From a virus, in the IMG/VR virus record IMGVR_UViG_3300017917_005108, positions 98,498-162,497 of that record: DNA of 64,000 bases, one strand, 5' to 3'. A model generated the notes under the pieces. That model saw only the letters and a list, made by a program, of their open reading frames with translations. It had not been told where the DNA came from and made no database searches. Made by a program: the position numbers and the translations under genes. This document shows positions 9,055 through 18,693 of the stretch, piece by piece; position 1 is the first letter of the stretch; the number at the start of each line of letters is the position of its first letter.

Positions 9055-9364
9055 TACTTGTAAAACCTATAGATGTTAATATTTTGTTGATATTGTAAGC
9101 AGTAATTCTATCTACAACACAGACTGTTGGTGCATAAACCATATCCTGATCTATTCTCATTCCAACTTCCTCACCTAATCTTACTATATCATCAACAAAG
9201 TCCATAGCGCCTGCTCTTTTTAAAAAACGGTAATAAGGATCTTTTGGCTCAACCTCTATAAGAACGTTAAGTTTACAGAAAGTATGCGCAATAAGTGTTA
9301 AATCTCTAAAGCATGAAATGCTAGAAGGCGGATTTACTAGCTCTCCTCTTATTATGAGGTTACA
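9044..9364 (-). CDS. Hypothetical protein of about 106 codons lacking a canonical in-frame start (possible frameshift or non-AUG start)
   Basis: Open frame CNLIIRGELVNPPSSISCFRDLTL...STRC* fills the gap between two genes; TAAATA lies 5 nt upstream; GTG is 1 nt out of frame. Confidence 0.55.
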   Translation of the reverse strand, partial: CNLIIRGELVNPPSSISCFRDLTLIAHTFCKLNVLIEVEPKDPYYRFLKRAGAMDFVDDIVRLGEEVGMRIDQDMVYAPTVCVVDRITAYNINKILTSIGFTSTRC

Positions 9365-9377
9365 CTAAATATTTAGG

Positions 9378-10034
9378 CTAAATTAGTTTCCGATTTTGAG
9401 CAAATTCAATAAACTTATAAAATTCATTTCTTGAATTATCTTTATCATCTAAAAATGCACCAGACATTCTAGCAGTACGCATTGTAGAATCGTGTCTAAT
9501 ACCACGATTCGAACAACAAGTATGAGCAGCTTCAATCATAACAGCAACACCCTTATTCTTTTCACATACCTCATCAATATACTTGTGAATTTGCATAGTA
9601 AGATTTTCTTGTACTTGAGGGCGTCTAGCAAACCAGTCTACAATACGATTCAACTTACTTAACCCAATAACTTTACCATCTTTAGAAGGAATGTAGGCAA
9701 CATGTGCAAATCCCATAAATGGTGCATGGTGATGTGAGCAGAGAGAAGTGACCTTAATATTAGTCTGTGCTACAATACCGTCATACTTATCAACATTATC
9801 AAAAGCTGTAACTTTAGGTGGTTCACTATAACATCCCCAGGCAAAATCTTCAACAAATGCTTTAGCTACTCTATGAGGTGTATTAGAGCTATTAGGGTCA
9901 TTTCTCCAATCGTAACCTAGAGCATCCATATAGGCTTCATAAGCCTTAGCGGCCTTTTCTACTATAAGTTTACGTTCTTCCTCAGTATGAGGGTGATTAT
10001 GATTTGCAAAAGCTAGTTTTTTCTTATTAAACAT
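9378..10034 (-). CDS. folE: GTP cyclohydrolase I
   Basis: TPHRVAK, SLCSHH.PF.G.AHVAYIP, GLSKLNRIV, RRPQVQE, H.C...RG motifs. Confidence 0.96.
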   Translation of the reverse strand: MFNKKKLAFANHNHPHTEEERKLIVEKAAKAYEAYMDALGYDWRNDPNSSNTPHRVAKAFVEDFAWGCYSEPPKVTAFDNVDKYDGIVAQTNIKVTSLCSHHHAPFMGFAHVAYIPSKDGKVIGLSKLNRIVDWFARRPQVQENLTMQIHKYIDEVCEKNKGVAVMIEAAHTCCSNRGIRHDSTMRTARMSGAFLDDKDNSRNEFYKFIEFAQNRKLI

Positions 10035-10081
10035 ATATTTTTATTATAATATATAAGAGTTCAATTTCAATAAATAATTGT

Positions 10082-10516
10082 ATGGCATTTCATTCTTTAT
10101 TAAGCGAGTCTTTAAAAAGAACCAGTCTTAGAAGAGTAAGAATAAAGACTGATCCTGCATTAGTAGCTAGAAATGAAGATTTTAGAAAAATTGAAGGATA
10201 TGAAGGTTATATTCTCGGTGAATCAAAATTAGGATTAAAAGTTTTAGTTTTAAACCCTGAAATGACAATAAGTGATGTACCAGAAGAAGTATTAGAAATA
10301 ATATCACATCAAGGTAATATTGATATGGTTAATGAATTTAAATGTTATGCAAAAAAATGCTTAAAAGAATTAAAGCAAAAAAGTGATAATGACCCTGTCT
10401 TTGCACAAATTGATTCAGCAAATTCTATAGAAGATATTGAATCTTTTATTAAACAGGGTGGTTTAACGGAAGGCGAGCTTAATAATCTTTATAGAGGATT
10501 TTTAAATGACGAATAA
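10082..10516 (+). CDS. Hypothetical late protein
   Basis: TAAATA-N5-ATG; starts MAFHSLLSE. Confidence 0.65.
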   Translation: MAFHSLLSESLKRTSLRRVRIKTDPALVARNEDFRKIEGYEGYILGESKLGLKVLVLNPEMTISDVPEEVLEIISHQGNIDMVNEFKCYAKKCLKELKQKSDNDPVFAQIDSANSIEDIESFIKQGGLTEGELNNLYRGFLNDE

Positions 10517-11177
10517 GTTTGATAGCTACGTAAATTCTATCCTAGAGGAGGGAATTATGGGAAATATTAAAGCTGCAGCAAAAACAGCAGTAAAACTTCC
10601 GTTTAAAGCCGCAGGTGGATTAACAAAGAAAATAGTTAACCCTGCAGCCTGGTTAAGAGGTGCTGCAAATGTTGTTGGAGGTGCAAATAAACTATTATCT
10701 GTACCAGGTAAAGCTATAGATACTGCCCATCAAATAGTTCAATCAGGAGATGTGGTATCTCCTGTAGCAAATGCTTTGCAGTCAGGCTTACAGGGTGCAG
10801 CAAATGTAGCTTCAAAAACAGGCCAAGCTATAGCTGGTTATTACCAGAAGCAAAAAACATCTGGTGGATCTAATGCATTAAAAGGTTTGAATTTAGGACT
10901 TAAGAATGCAGTGGGAACTGCTTCAGGAGCTGCAAAAAATGCTACATCTTATGCAAATAGTGTTCTATATAATGTAGGCGCTATGGCTAGGGCAGCAATT
11001 GGGCAAAATTCACCTTTTACATTCCCTAAAGGTATTAGTGATCCAAAAAGACTTAAAGTGGGAGATACTTTTACTCAAATTAACAAAAAAACCGGTCAAG
11101 CTACAGCTTATACAGTAGTAGATAAGTCAAGAGATGGTCAGAATATAGTAGCAGCACCGGTAGAATTTTATAAATAG
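10506..11177 (+). CDS. Ala/Gly-rich putative internal virion protein
   Basis: Starts MTNKFDSYVNSILEE; low-complexity amphipathic Ala/Gly/Lys body. Confidence 0.6.
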   Translation: MTNKFDSYVNSILEEGIMGNIKAAAKTAVKLPFKAAGGLTKKIVNPAAWLRGAANVVGGANKLLSVPGKAIDTAHQIVQSGDVVSPVANALQSGLQGAANVASKTGQAIAGYYQKQKTSGGSNALKGLNLGLKNAVGTASGAAKNATSYANSVLYNVGAMARAAIGQNSPFTFPKGISDPKRLKVGDTFTQINKKTGQATAYTVVDKSRDGQNIVAAPVEFYK

Positions 11178-11181
11178 TTAT

Positions 11182-11376
11182 ATGCCTGCTAAATCTGAAA
11201 AACAACGTAAATTCTTTGGCGCAGTAATGGGCGCTAAAAAAGGTCAAAAAGGTGTAACTGGTGCTGCTAAAAAGACAGCTAAAGAAATGCCTAAAAAAGA
11301 GATAAAGAAATTTCTTAAGAAAGAGTCTTTCGATGATGCAGTCAATAGAGTCTTAAAAGAAATCTCTGGCTTATAA
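11182..11376 (+). CDS. Small basic protein (MPAKS..Q.. family, DUF3008-like)
   Basis: MPAKSEKQRKFFGAV; TATAAATA-N5-ATG. Confidence 0.65.
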   Translation: MPAKSEKQRKFFGAVMGAKKGQKGVTGAAKKTAKEMPKKEIKKFLKKESFDDAVNRVLKEISGL

Positions 11377-11448
11377 AAAAATATCAGTTGATTTTTAAAA
11401 ATTTTTGGTTATAATATTATAGGTAATAGAAAAGAAAACCTATAGAAC

Positions 11449-12012
11449 ATGGCATTTCATGGTGATACAAGACTAGCAGAGTTAATGTCAAACTTCATAA
11501 GAAGTAATAATGTAGAGTTAATAATAGAAACAGGTACAAGCGTAGGCTATACAACAGAATTCTTCGCAAGACATAATATACCGGTAATAGGTACTGAAAT
11601 AGGAAGAGAAGTATTTGATGAAGCAGTAGAAAGATTAAAACAGTACAATAATGTTAAATTGTTATTTGGCGATTCAACTGATAGCTTAAAAGATATACTA
11701 CCGCAATATAGAAACAAGAGAGTATTCTTTTTTCTAGATTCTCATTTTGGTGATGACTTATCATTAAATAGAGAATTAGATTTAATTGATGATTCTGGAA
11801 TTATTCCATACATTACAATACATGATTTTAAGGTACCTAATACAACTTTAGGTTACGATAAATGGGATAAAATGGAGTATGATTTTGAAACATTTAAACC
11901 GTATTTTGACAAGGTATATAAAAAGTTTAAAGGCTATAGATATACATATAATGATGATTCAGCAGTAGGTGCTAGAAGAGGATGTATTTTCTTAAGACCT
12001 CTTGAAAATTAA
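11449..12012 (+). CDS. Class I SAM-dependent methyltransferase
   Basis: IIETGTSVG motif I, GTEI, GDS, FFLDSH, IHD. Confidence 0.8.
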   Translation: MAFHGDTRLAELMSNFIRSNNVELIIETGTSVGYTTEFFARHNIPVIGTEIGREVFDEAVERLKQYNNVKLLFGDSTDSLKDILPQYRNKRVFFFLDSHFGDDLSLNRELDLIDDSGIIPYITIHDFKVPNTTLGYDKWDKMEYDFETFKPYFDKVYKKFKGYRYTYNDDSAVGARRGCIFLRPLEN

Positions 12013-12029
12013 AATATGGAGGTTACAAT
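12002..12029 (+). promoter_or_regulatory. Sigma70-like promoter of queD
   Basis: TTGAAA-N16-TACAAT, 6 nt before ATG 12036. Confidence 0.5.
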
Positions 12030-12035
12030 ACAACT

Positions 12036-12722
12036 ATGAGTTATCAAAGTACAAAAGTTTTAGAATTAGGTAGCTGTGCGTTTAGACAATGGAGAGCTGA
12101 TCATAGTCATTGTCATTTTATTCATGGTTATAGATTAATTGCAAAGTTTTGGTTTGGTTGTTCTGAGCTTGACAATAAAAACTGGGTTGTAGATTTTGGC
12201 GGTCTTAAAGAATTAAAAAGGGAACTAGAAAAACAATTTGATCATACATTTTGTGTTGCTGCAGATGATCCTCTTCTAGAAAAATTTAAAGATCTACATA
12301 ATGCTGGTGCTTGTGATTTGCGTATTATGGAGAAAGGTGTTGGTATAGAAAGAACTGCAGAATGGTGCTTTAATAAAGCAAGTGAAGTTGTTTCTAGGCT
12401 AACAAATAATCGTTGTTGGGTAGAAAAAGTTGAAGTATGGGAGCATGAAAAAAACTCTGCAATTTATACATACACTCAGAAAAGTTCACCTTTTTGGAAT
12501 GATGTAGTAAATGTAAAGACAGAAACAACACCAGAAAGTAAGTTTAATGCAAAGCAATTTGAGTTTAATTTTAATCAACCGGTTGCAACTTCTGTAGCTG
12601 CACCTGCCCCAGAAGTTACAGAAGCAGTAAATAAAGCTGAACAGAAAATACCTGCTAGAGTTGGCGGCAATGTTACACCAGGTTTTAGTAATCTATTTGG
12701 TGGGACATCTTGGGGTAAATGA
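12036..12722 (+). CDS. queD: 6-carboxy-5,6,7,8-tetrahydropterin synthase with C-terminal extension
   Basis: SHCHFIHGY, VVDFGGLK, FDH, VEVWE motifs. Confidence 0.92.
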   Translation: MSYQSTKVLELGSCAFRQWRADHSHCHFIHGYRLIAKFWFGCSELDNKNWVVDFGGLKELKRELEKQFDHTFCVAADDPLLEKFKDLHNAGACDLRIMEKGVGIERTAEWCFNKASEVVSRLTNNRCWVEKVEVWEHEKNSAIYTYTQKSSPFWNDVVNVKTETTPESKFNAKQFEFNFNQPVATSVAAPAPEVTEAVNKAEQKIPARVGGNVTPGFSNLFGGTSWGK

Positions 12723-12919
12723 TAGATAAAAACAAGCTATCACCTGAAGTAAGGCAACAGCTTTACGGTGGTGAAATATCTGATTATTATAGAGAAATTA
12801 AACCTACAAACATTAGTGATAATAAAGCATTAGGTGACATCTATGATAGAATTAAGTCGAAAAATAACTTAAGACTTAGACTTAATTCCAGCGATAACCT
12901 TAACAATAAACTTCAGTAA
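12719..12919 (+). CDS. Hypothetical protein
   Basis: ATGA-coupled to queD; 3' end overlaps the convergent phoH. Confidence 0.45.
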   Translation: MIDKNKLSPEVRQQLYGGEISDYYREIKPTNISDNKALGDIYDRIKSKNNLRLRLNSSDNLNNKLQ

Positions 12920-13612
12920 TTTACTTCTTGTAATATCATCTTCAGTGAAATGAAATGTATTAATACCGTGTTCAACACTATCTTTAGAATCAAAAGCATT
13001 CATAATTTTTCCAAAACCTGACCTATCAAAAATATCTGATTGTCTTGTATCACCTATAATAAACAATTTACAATTTTTTCCAAACCTTGTTAAAATTGTT
13101 ACCAATTCACTATGTTCTAAATTTTGTGCTTCATCTACAATTACAACACTATTTGTAAATGTACTTCCTCTTAAAAAATTAACAGGTATACATTTTAAAT
13201 AATCACTATCAAACAACATATTGGTAACTTGTTTACCTACTAATTCGTCGCATTTTTCAATTAAAGGTATACTCCATGGTTTAAATTTCTCATCTACTTC
13301 TCCAGGCAAGCTACCCAGTTTCTTATGTGCAGATTCTACAATACTTCTAATATAAACAACTTCATCAATTTTTTTATCTTTTAGCATAGATAACGCGACA
13401 TATGTAGCTAGATAGGTTTTAGATGTTCCTGCTGGACCGTCACAAAACATTATTAAAGAAGAGTCATCCATTGCCTTTTCAACAAAGGTTTTATGATGAT
13501 CGTTAAGATGAAATTTCTGATCTATTTTAAAATTTAAAAGAATATCAGATCTTATTATCTTATTTTCATCATGCCGGGCAGCTTTCTTAAGCTGTCTCTC
13601 CTTCTTTGACAT
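12869..13612 (-). CDS. phoH: PhoH-family ATPase
   Basis: GPAGTSKT, LGSLPG, FLRGSTF, IVDEAQN, LTRFG, GD..QSD. Confidence 0.95.
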   Translation of the reverse strand: MSKKERQLKKAARHDENKIIRSDILLNFKIDQKFHLNDHHKTFVEKAMDDSSLIMFCDGPAGTSKTYLATYVALSMLKDKKIDEVVYIRSIVESAHKKLGSLPGEVDEKFKPWSIPLIEKCDELVGKQVTNMLFDSDYLKCIPVNFLRGSTFTNSVVIVDEAQNLEHSELVTILTRFGKNCKLFIIGDTRQSDIFDRSGFGKIMNAFDSKDSVEHGINTFHFTEDDITRSKLLKFIVKVIAGIKSKS

Positions 13613-13663
13613 CTGTAATTATTTATTCTGGAAAAGCTTAAATTACAATATATAATAACGAAA

Positions 13664-13867
13664 ATGAGTAAAAAAATTACAGTAGAACTAACTAATGAAG
13701 AGTTTAAAACACTACACTCTGTTTTAGGTGATTATAAGAGAATAACAAGAGACCAATATTATAGATTTGTAAAAACTAACTATGTTTATTCAGAATGTCC
13801 TCTTAATAAGATTCGTTTTGATGAAGCACAAAGTCTTTTAAAAAAACTAGTTGAAGATCAACAATAA
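13664..13867 (+). CDS. Hypothetical protein
   Basis: ORF with TATAAT shortly upstream. Confidence 0.55.
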   Translation: MSKKITVELTNEEFKTLHSVLGDYKRITRDQYYRFVKTNYVYSECPLNKIRFDEAQSLLKKLVEDQQ

Positions 13868-13886
13868 TATAATATCATCTTTAAAA

Positions 13887-14621
13887 ATGGAAAATACATT
13901 ATTCTTAAGTGACGATAAAATCTTTCATACAATAGAAGGGGAGGGTGAGTATGTTGGAAAGCCTTCAGTTTTTATGCGTCTATCTATGTGTAATTTAACT
14001 TGTAAAGGGTTTATTAGTGCTGATGCTCCTTACGGCTGTGATAGTTTTATTAGCTGGTCAATTAAAAACAAAATGACGTTTGATGAGATTAATACTTTAC
14101 TTGATGAGTCGGGGTATGTAAGATGGCTAAATAGAGGCGATATTTTTAAAATTACCGGTGGTGAACCTCTTATACAGCAAAAAAATCTTCTACAATTCAT
14201 TGATTCATTTATATTTAAATTTAAATTTATTCCAAGAATTGATTTTGAAACTAATGCTACTATTATGCCAGATTATCAGTGGTCTGATTGGTGTGCAACG
14301 TTTACAACATCTCCAAAGCTATCTAATAACGGTGATCCTGAAGAGAAAAGATACAAACCAGAAGTTTTAGCTTGGCATGCCAAAAATGGCTCAGGATTTA
14401 AATTTGTTGTTTCATCAGAAAAAGATTTAGATGAAATATTTGAAAAATATATTAATAGGTTTAATATTAGAAAAAATAAAGTATGGCTAATGCCCTGCTG
14501 TGGCAGTAGAGAAGAACACAATAAAGTTGCTCCTGTTGTAGCAGAAATATGTAAGAATACAGGTATTAATTTTAGTCCAAGGCTACAACTGGTAATTTGG
14601 GACAAAGCGCTTAAAGTATAA
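13887..14621 (+). CDS. queE: 7-carboxy-7-deazaguanine synthase (radical SAM)
   Basis: FHTIEGEG...G.PSVFMRL..CNLTC...CDS, TGGEP, ETN, SPK, KFVV, WLMP, SPRLQ; start at MENTL preferred. Confidence 0.92.
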   Translation: MENTLFLSDDKIFHTIEGEGEYVGKPSVFMRLSMCNLTCKGFISADAPYGCDSFISWSIKNKMTFDEINTLLDESGYVRWLNRGDIFKITGGEPLIQQKNLLQFIDSFIFKFKFIPRIDFETNATIMPDYQWSDWCATFTTSPKLSNNGDPEEKRYKPEVLAWHAKNGSGFKFVVSSEKDLDEIFEKYINRFNIRKNKVWLMPCCGSREEHNKVAPVVAEICKNTGINFSPRLQLVIWDKALKV

Positions 14622-14622
14622 T

Positions 14623-15366
14623 ATGAGAATTGCCATATCTGGCACAGCTTGTCAAGGTAAGACAACATTAATAAATGATTTTTTAAAAACCTGGCCTTCT
14701 TATACACGTTCTAATGAAAGCTATAGAAAGGTTCTAAAGGAAGAGAAGCTAAAGATTAATAAAGAAGTAACAAAAGATGGGCAATGGAAAATACTAAACT
14801 GCCTGATTAATGATTTACAAAATACTACTAGAGAAGACAAAATTATATTTGATAGATGTCCTTTAGATAATCTAGTATACTCTATGTGGAGTTATGAAAG
14901 AGGTACATCAGACATAGACAAAGAGTTTTTAGATAAATGCATTCCTTTAGTTAGAGAGAGCATGAGAATGCTTGATATTATTTTCTTTTTACCCATAACA
15001 AAATTTTCACCTATTAAGATTGAAAAGAAAGAAAATAGAGAAATAGATCAAAATTATATTAAAGAAATTGACAATATTTTTAAGGCTATTGGACAACAAT
15101 ACAATATTAATGGTGGGTTTCCTTTTTTCGTACATGATGATAAACCAGCTTTAATTGAAATATTCGGCACTCCAGAAGAAAGAATTGAAATGGTTAAGCT
15201 TTATTTAGATAAAGATGGTGATGTTGTTAGTGAAAAAGAAAGTGTACTTAGTAATGAAAATCTTGAATTAATGGAAACTTTACTAGGTGTTCAAAAGCAA
15301 ATAGATAAGAAAGAAAAAGAAGATCAAAGACTTAGAAGTAAATTCATGCTTAAGAAGAATAAATAA
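14623..15366 (+). CDS. P-loop nucleotide kinase (AAA_28/NadR-kinase-like)
   Basis: MRIAISGTACQGKTT, IFDRCPLD motifs. Confidence 0.75.
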   Translation: MRIAISGTACQGKTTLINDFLKTWPSYTRSNESYRKVLKEEKLKINKEVTKDGQWKILNCLINDLQNTTREDKIIFDRCPLDNLVYSMWSYERGTSDIDKEFLDKCIPLVRESMRMLDIIFFLPITKFSPIKIEKKENREIDQNYIKEIDNIFKAIGQQYNINGGFPFFVHDDKPALIEIFGTPEERIEMVKLYLDKDGDVVSEKESVLSNENLELMETLLGVQKQIDKKEKEDQRLRSKFMLKKNK

Positions 15367-15370
15367 TTAG

Positions 15371-15586
15371 GTGAGTAAGTTTAATAGTAAGTTTGAAGAA
15401 CTAACAGAAAGCTTTAAATCAATTCTTTACAAGAAAAGAGAATTTTATCCTAAGAATTTTAATTTATCTGAAGAGTTTGTAATCTCTTTTAGAAAAGAAT
15501 ATAAAAGACTTATTGATGAAGGTATGGAGCCGAAGAAAGCTCTTCTTAAGCTTAACAAAGCATTATTGTTTCACACAAAGTTTTAA
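15371..15586 (+). CDS. Small late protein
   Basis: TAAATA-N5-GTG; starts MSKFNSKFEELTE. Confidence 0.6.
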   Translation: MSKFNSKFEELTESFKSILYKKREFYPKNFNLSEEFVISFRKEYKRLIDEGMEPKKALLKLNKALLFHTKF

Positions 15587-16305
15587 TTACCTGGTGCGTC
15601 TGAGAATCCGTAGAAGTACAATAATCTCCAGTAAATGTAATTAACATCGTTCTGCACTTGTTTAGCATTTACCACAAAAGTAAGATTTCTAAAAGATGAA
15701 TTATATGTTAATCTATCTATTACAGGTACTGTAGATAATGAGGGTCTGTTTGTTGTAATGTTTAATGGTCCACCGAGACCTGCAGGCTGTAGGGTGAAAT
15801 GATGGGGTTTTAAGTTTGAACCAACATCAGATGGTACATCAGTAAGATAAATTAGCTGTGAAGATAGACCACCTAAAATTGTTGCGTAGCCCCATCGTTC
15901 ATAAATGTTACCTATAGCAGAAACAGATTGAATGAGATTATATAAAGAAACATATTCTGGAGATCCTATAGCATAAGATGCAGATGTAGTTACTCCATTT
16001 GTAACTTCTAATCTATTAGTATAATTTATAGATCTATTTGTACCTTTTACTCCATTAGAAAAAATAGAATCAGCACTTAAAATACTTGTTTGAATTGTAC
16101 TAAATAAACTATCATTACCAGTTAATGCTGCAGGAAGTGCAACATTTCCCTCTAAATCTGTTTTTACAACATTAAAATTATCAAAAGTAATTGTTTGAGT
16201 ACCATCTTGTGTTTGTAAAATCAGTAAATCTGTGCCTAAAGCAAATTGAGATTGCGGAAGACTCTGAATACTTACAAAATTACTGTTAGAGCTGTTATTT
16301 GCCAT
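15583..16305 (-). CDS. Putative tail fibre/baseplate-associated structural protein
   Basis: N-terminal I..LP......TDLLILQT..GT..ITF pattern typical of fibre attachment domains; Ser/Thr-rich; TATAAATA upstream. Confidence 0.55.
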   Translation of the reverse strand: MANNSSNSNFVSIQSLPQSQFALGTDLLILQTQDGTQTITFDNFNVVKTDLEGNVALPAALTGNDSLFSTIQTSILSADSIFSNGVKGTNRSINYTNRLEVTNGVTTSASYAIGSPEYVSLYNLIQSVSAIGNIYERWGYATILGGLSSQLIYLTDVPSDVGSNLKPHHFTLQPAGLGGPLNITTNRPSLSTVPVIDRLTYNSSFRNLTFVVNAKQVQNDVNYIYWRLLYFYGFSDAPGN

Positions 16306-16338
16306 TAATGATATTTATACTAAAATATAAAAGTCAAT

Positions 16339-17154
16339 ATGGATAAAATAGGCGTAGGCATAGTTACATGTAATAGACCTAATTTTTTTATTAAATGCTT
16401 TAATGCTATACCTAACGATTTAGAGCTAGTTGTTATTAATGATGGTGCTGATTTTGAAGATGTTAAAAAACTTCAAGATAAAAGAAGCTTTACTTACGTA
16501 CATAATAAAGTAAATTTAGGTGTAGGAAAAAGCAAGAATATATTACTAAAAACATTAATACAAAAAGAATGTAATCACTTATTTTTAATTGAGGATGATA
16601 TTATAGTAAAAGATAAGAATGTCTTTAATGAATATATAAAAGCAAGAAATGTAACTGGCATTCAGCATTTTAATTTCGGGTATCATGGACCGGCTAATAA
16701 AAACGGTATTTCAGGAGGCAAGCCTACACCTCGCTACGTTATAGATTATGGGGAAATAAAAATAGCTATTAATTTTAATAGTGTAGGTGCTTTTTGTTAT
16801 TATACAAAAGAAGCTCTTGATAAAGTAGGAATGATTGACGAAGAGTACACCAACGCATTTGAACACGTTGATCACGATTATAGACTTTTTAAGGCGGGGT
16901 TTTATACACCTTACTGGAATTTTGCAGATATAGCTAACAGCTGTGATTATCTAGATGAAATAGAATGTTCTGAAAAAAGCAGTGCAATAAGACCTAGGTC
17001 TGATTGGAGAGAGAATATACAAAAAGGTGCAGAAATTTTTAGAAAAAGACATGGCTATCTACCAGCTTGGAATGGTGCTGTACCTGATACAAGTGAATCA
17101 GATTTAAGAAGTATATTAAAAGAGATTTTTAAAAAACATGCTAAACGAAACTGA
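16339..17154 (+). CDS. Glycosyltransferase family 2
   Basis: GIVTCNR, VINDG, NLGVGKSKN, LIEDD, GMIDE...EH.D. Confidence 0.88.
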   Translation: MDKIGVGIVTCNRPNFFIKCFNAIPNDLELVVINDGADFEDVKKLQDKRSFTYVHNKVNLGVGKSKNILLKTLIQKECNHLFLIEDDIIVKDKNVFNEYIKARNVTGIQHFNFGYHGPANKNGISGGKPTPRYVIDYGEIKIAINFNSVGAFCYYTKEALDKVGMIDEEYTNAFEHVDHDYRLFKAGFYTPYWNFADIANSCDYLDEIECSEKSSAIRPRSDWRENIQKGAEIFRKRHGYLPAWNGAVPDTSESDLRSILKEIFKKHAKRN

Positions 17155-17893
17155 TTTTATTATTCCAGCTTTTATGGATCATGAAGATAGAAAGAGAAAT
17201 CTTTCTATTGTTTTAGCCTATCTTAAAAAGATAGGAGCAAAAAATGTTTATGTACGTGAGTATTATAAAGAACAAAGTAAAATAAAAGATTTAACTGATA
17301 GCTACCCAGAATTTCATTTCTCTTTTAAAGAAAACAATGAATTATATTTTAATAAAATGCTTTGTATAAATGAGATATTTCTACAATTTTCTAAAAGTAA
17401 AGTTGTTAGTTTCTACGATGTTGATGTTTTATTTTCAAAAAAAGATCTTGTTGAGGCTTCAAATTTAATCTTAAACAAAACATACGATGTTGTCTATCCT
17501 TATAACGGATATTTTTACGACATACCTGCTAAAACTGTTAATCAACTTGTAACAGATTTTAATACACCTATTAATTTAAGTGAATGCACCTTATTTAATA
17601 AGGGCTCTCATGGCGGTGGCGCTCTCTTTAACAGAGAGGTTTTTTATGAAGGTGGAATGTGTAATCCTAATTTTAAAAATGTAGGGTATGACGACGATGA
17701 AATAAAATGGAGATTTTCTAAATTAGGTTATAAAATAGGTAGAACATCCGGTGTGCTCTTACATCTAAATCACTTTAGAGGTAACACATCATTTAATTAC
17801 AACGATTTTACAACAAATAACGTTAATGAAGTAGAAAAAGTTAGTAAGATGCCTCCAGAAGAGTTACGTCAGTATATTAAGAGTTGGTTATGA
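17138..17893 (+). CDS. Glycosyltransferase (GT2/GT7 galactosyltransferase-like)
   Basis: FIIP, FNK, FYDVD (DxD), GG.NPNF..VGYDDDE, HL.H. Confidence 0.85.
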   Translation: MLNETDFIIPAFMDHEDRKRNLSIVLAYLKKIGAKNVYVREYYKEQSKIKDLTDSYPEFHFSFKENNELYFNKMLCINEIFLQFSKSKVVSFYDVDVLFSKKDLVEASNLILNKTYDVVYPYNGYFYDIPAKTVNQLVTDFNTPINLSECTLFNKGSHGGGALFNREVFYEGGMCNPNFKNVGYDDDEIKWRFSKLGYKIGRTSGVLLHLNHFRGNTSFNYNDFTTNNVNEVEKVSKMPPEELRQYIKSWL

Positions 17894-18693
17894 ATGTTCC
17901 ATTGCTTAAGGGCGGAGTATGTAATCAGATGTTTCAAATAGCTGCTGTGTATGCTAATTGCTTAAAATATAATAATCAATTAGGAATAAATTACAAACTA
18001 AGCTTTGCTGCACACCAAGGCTTTCATCCTTCAAGATATAGAGAAACACTTTATAGAAATATTCTAGCTACTGAAGAAGTGCCTGAAAAAGTTTTTAGAA
18101 ATCTTGGCCATCAATTTGTCGCTATACCTAATGAAAAGGATTTACTTATAGATGGCTATTTTCAGAGTTATAGATTTTTTTCTGAATACAATGAACAAAT
18201 AAAAGAATTGTTTTGCTTCCCACAAAGCATAAAAGAAAAAATTAATAAAGTAAAAGAAAAAATTAATAAGTCATTTTGTGTTATTCATATACGTAGAGGT
18301 GATTACAAGGTATTAGTTCCACATCATTTTGTGTGTACTAAGGAATACTATTTAAAGTGCGTAGATTTAATTAAAAGAGAAGCTGATAATATTAATTTTA
18401 TTGTTATAACAGATGATAAGTCTCACGTTTATTCAGAATTTGAACAGCAATTTAATACTGGTGAATTTATAATTTCTAATTCACAAAATGAAATTGAAGA
18501 TTTATACCTCTTAACACAAGCTGACTATATAATTGGTAGTAATAGTTCTTTTTCTTGGTGGGGATCCTTTTTAAATAAAAATAAAAATAAATGCCTATTT
18601 CCAGATGTATGGTTTGGAAAAGAGGGTATAAAAGAGTATGGCCATCCTGAACTATACCTTGATTATATGACTAAGGTTTCAGTGAATGAATAA
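17890..18693 (+). CDS. Alpha-1,2-fucosyltransferase (GT11)
   Basis: GG..NQMFQ, GYFQS, HIRRGDY, TDD, NSSFSWWG. Confidence 0.92.
   Translation: MNVPLLKGGVCNQMFQIAAVYANCLKYNNQLGINYKLSFAAHQGFHPSRYRETLYRNILATEEVPEKVFRNLGHQFVAIPNEKDLLIDGYFQSYRFFSEYNEQIKELFCFPQSIKEKINKVKEKINKSFCVIHIRRGDYKVLVPHHFVCTKEYYLKCVDLIKREADNINFIVITDDKSHVYSEFEQQFNTGEFIISNSQNEIEDLYLLTQADYIIGSNSSFSWWGSFLNKNKNKCLFPDVWFGKEGIKEYGHPELYLDYMTKVSVNE

Noticed and set aside
9378-14621. folE/queD/queE as folate or tRNA-queuosine auxiliary genes only
   Set aside because: No queA, queG/queH or folate genes seen; the TGT-like protein lacks the C-terminal zinc-binding motif of tRNA TGT.
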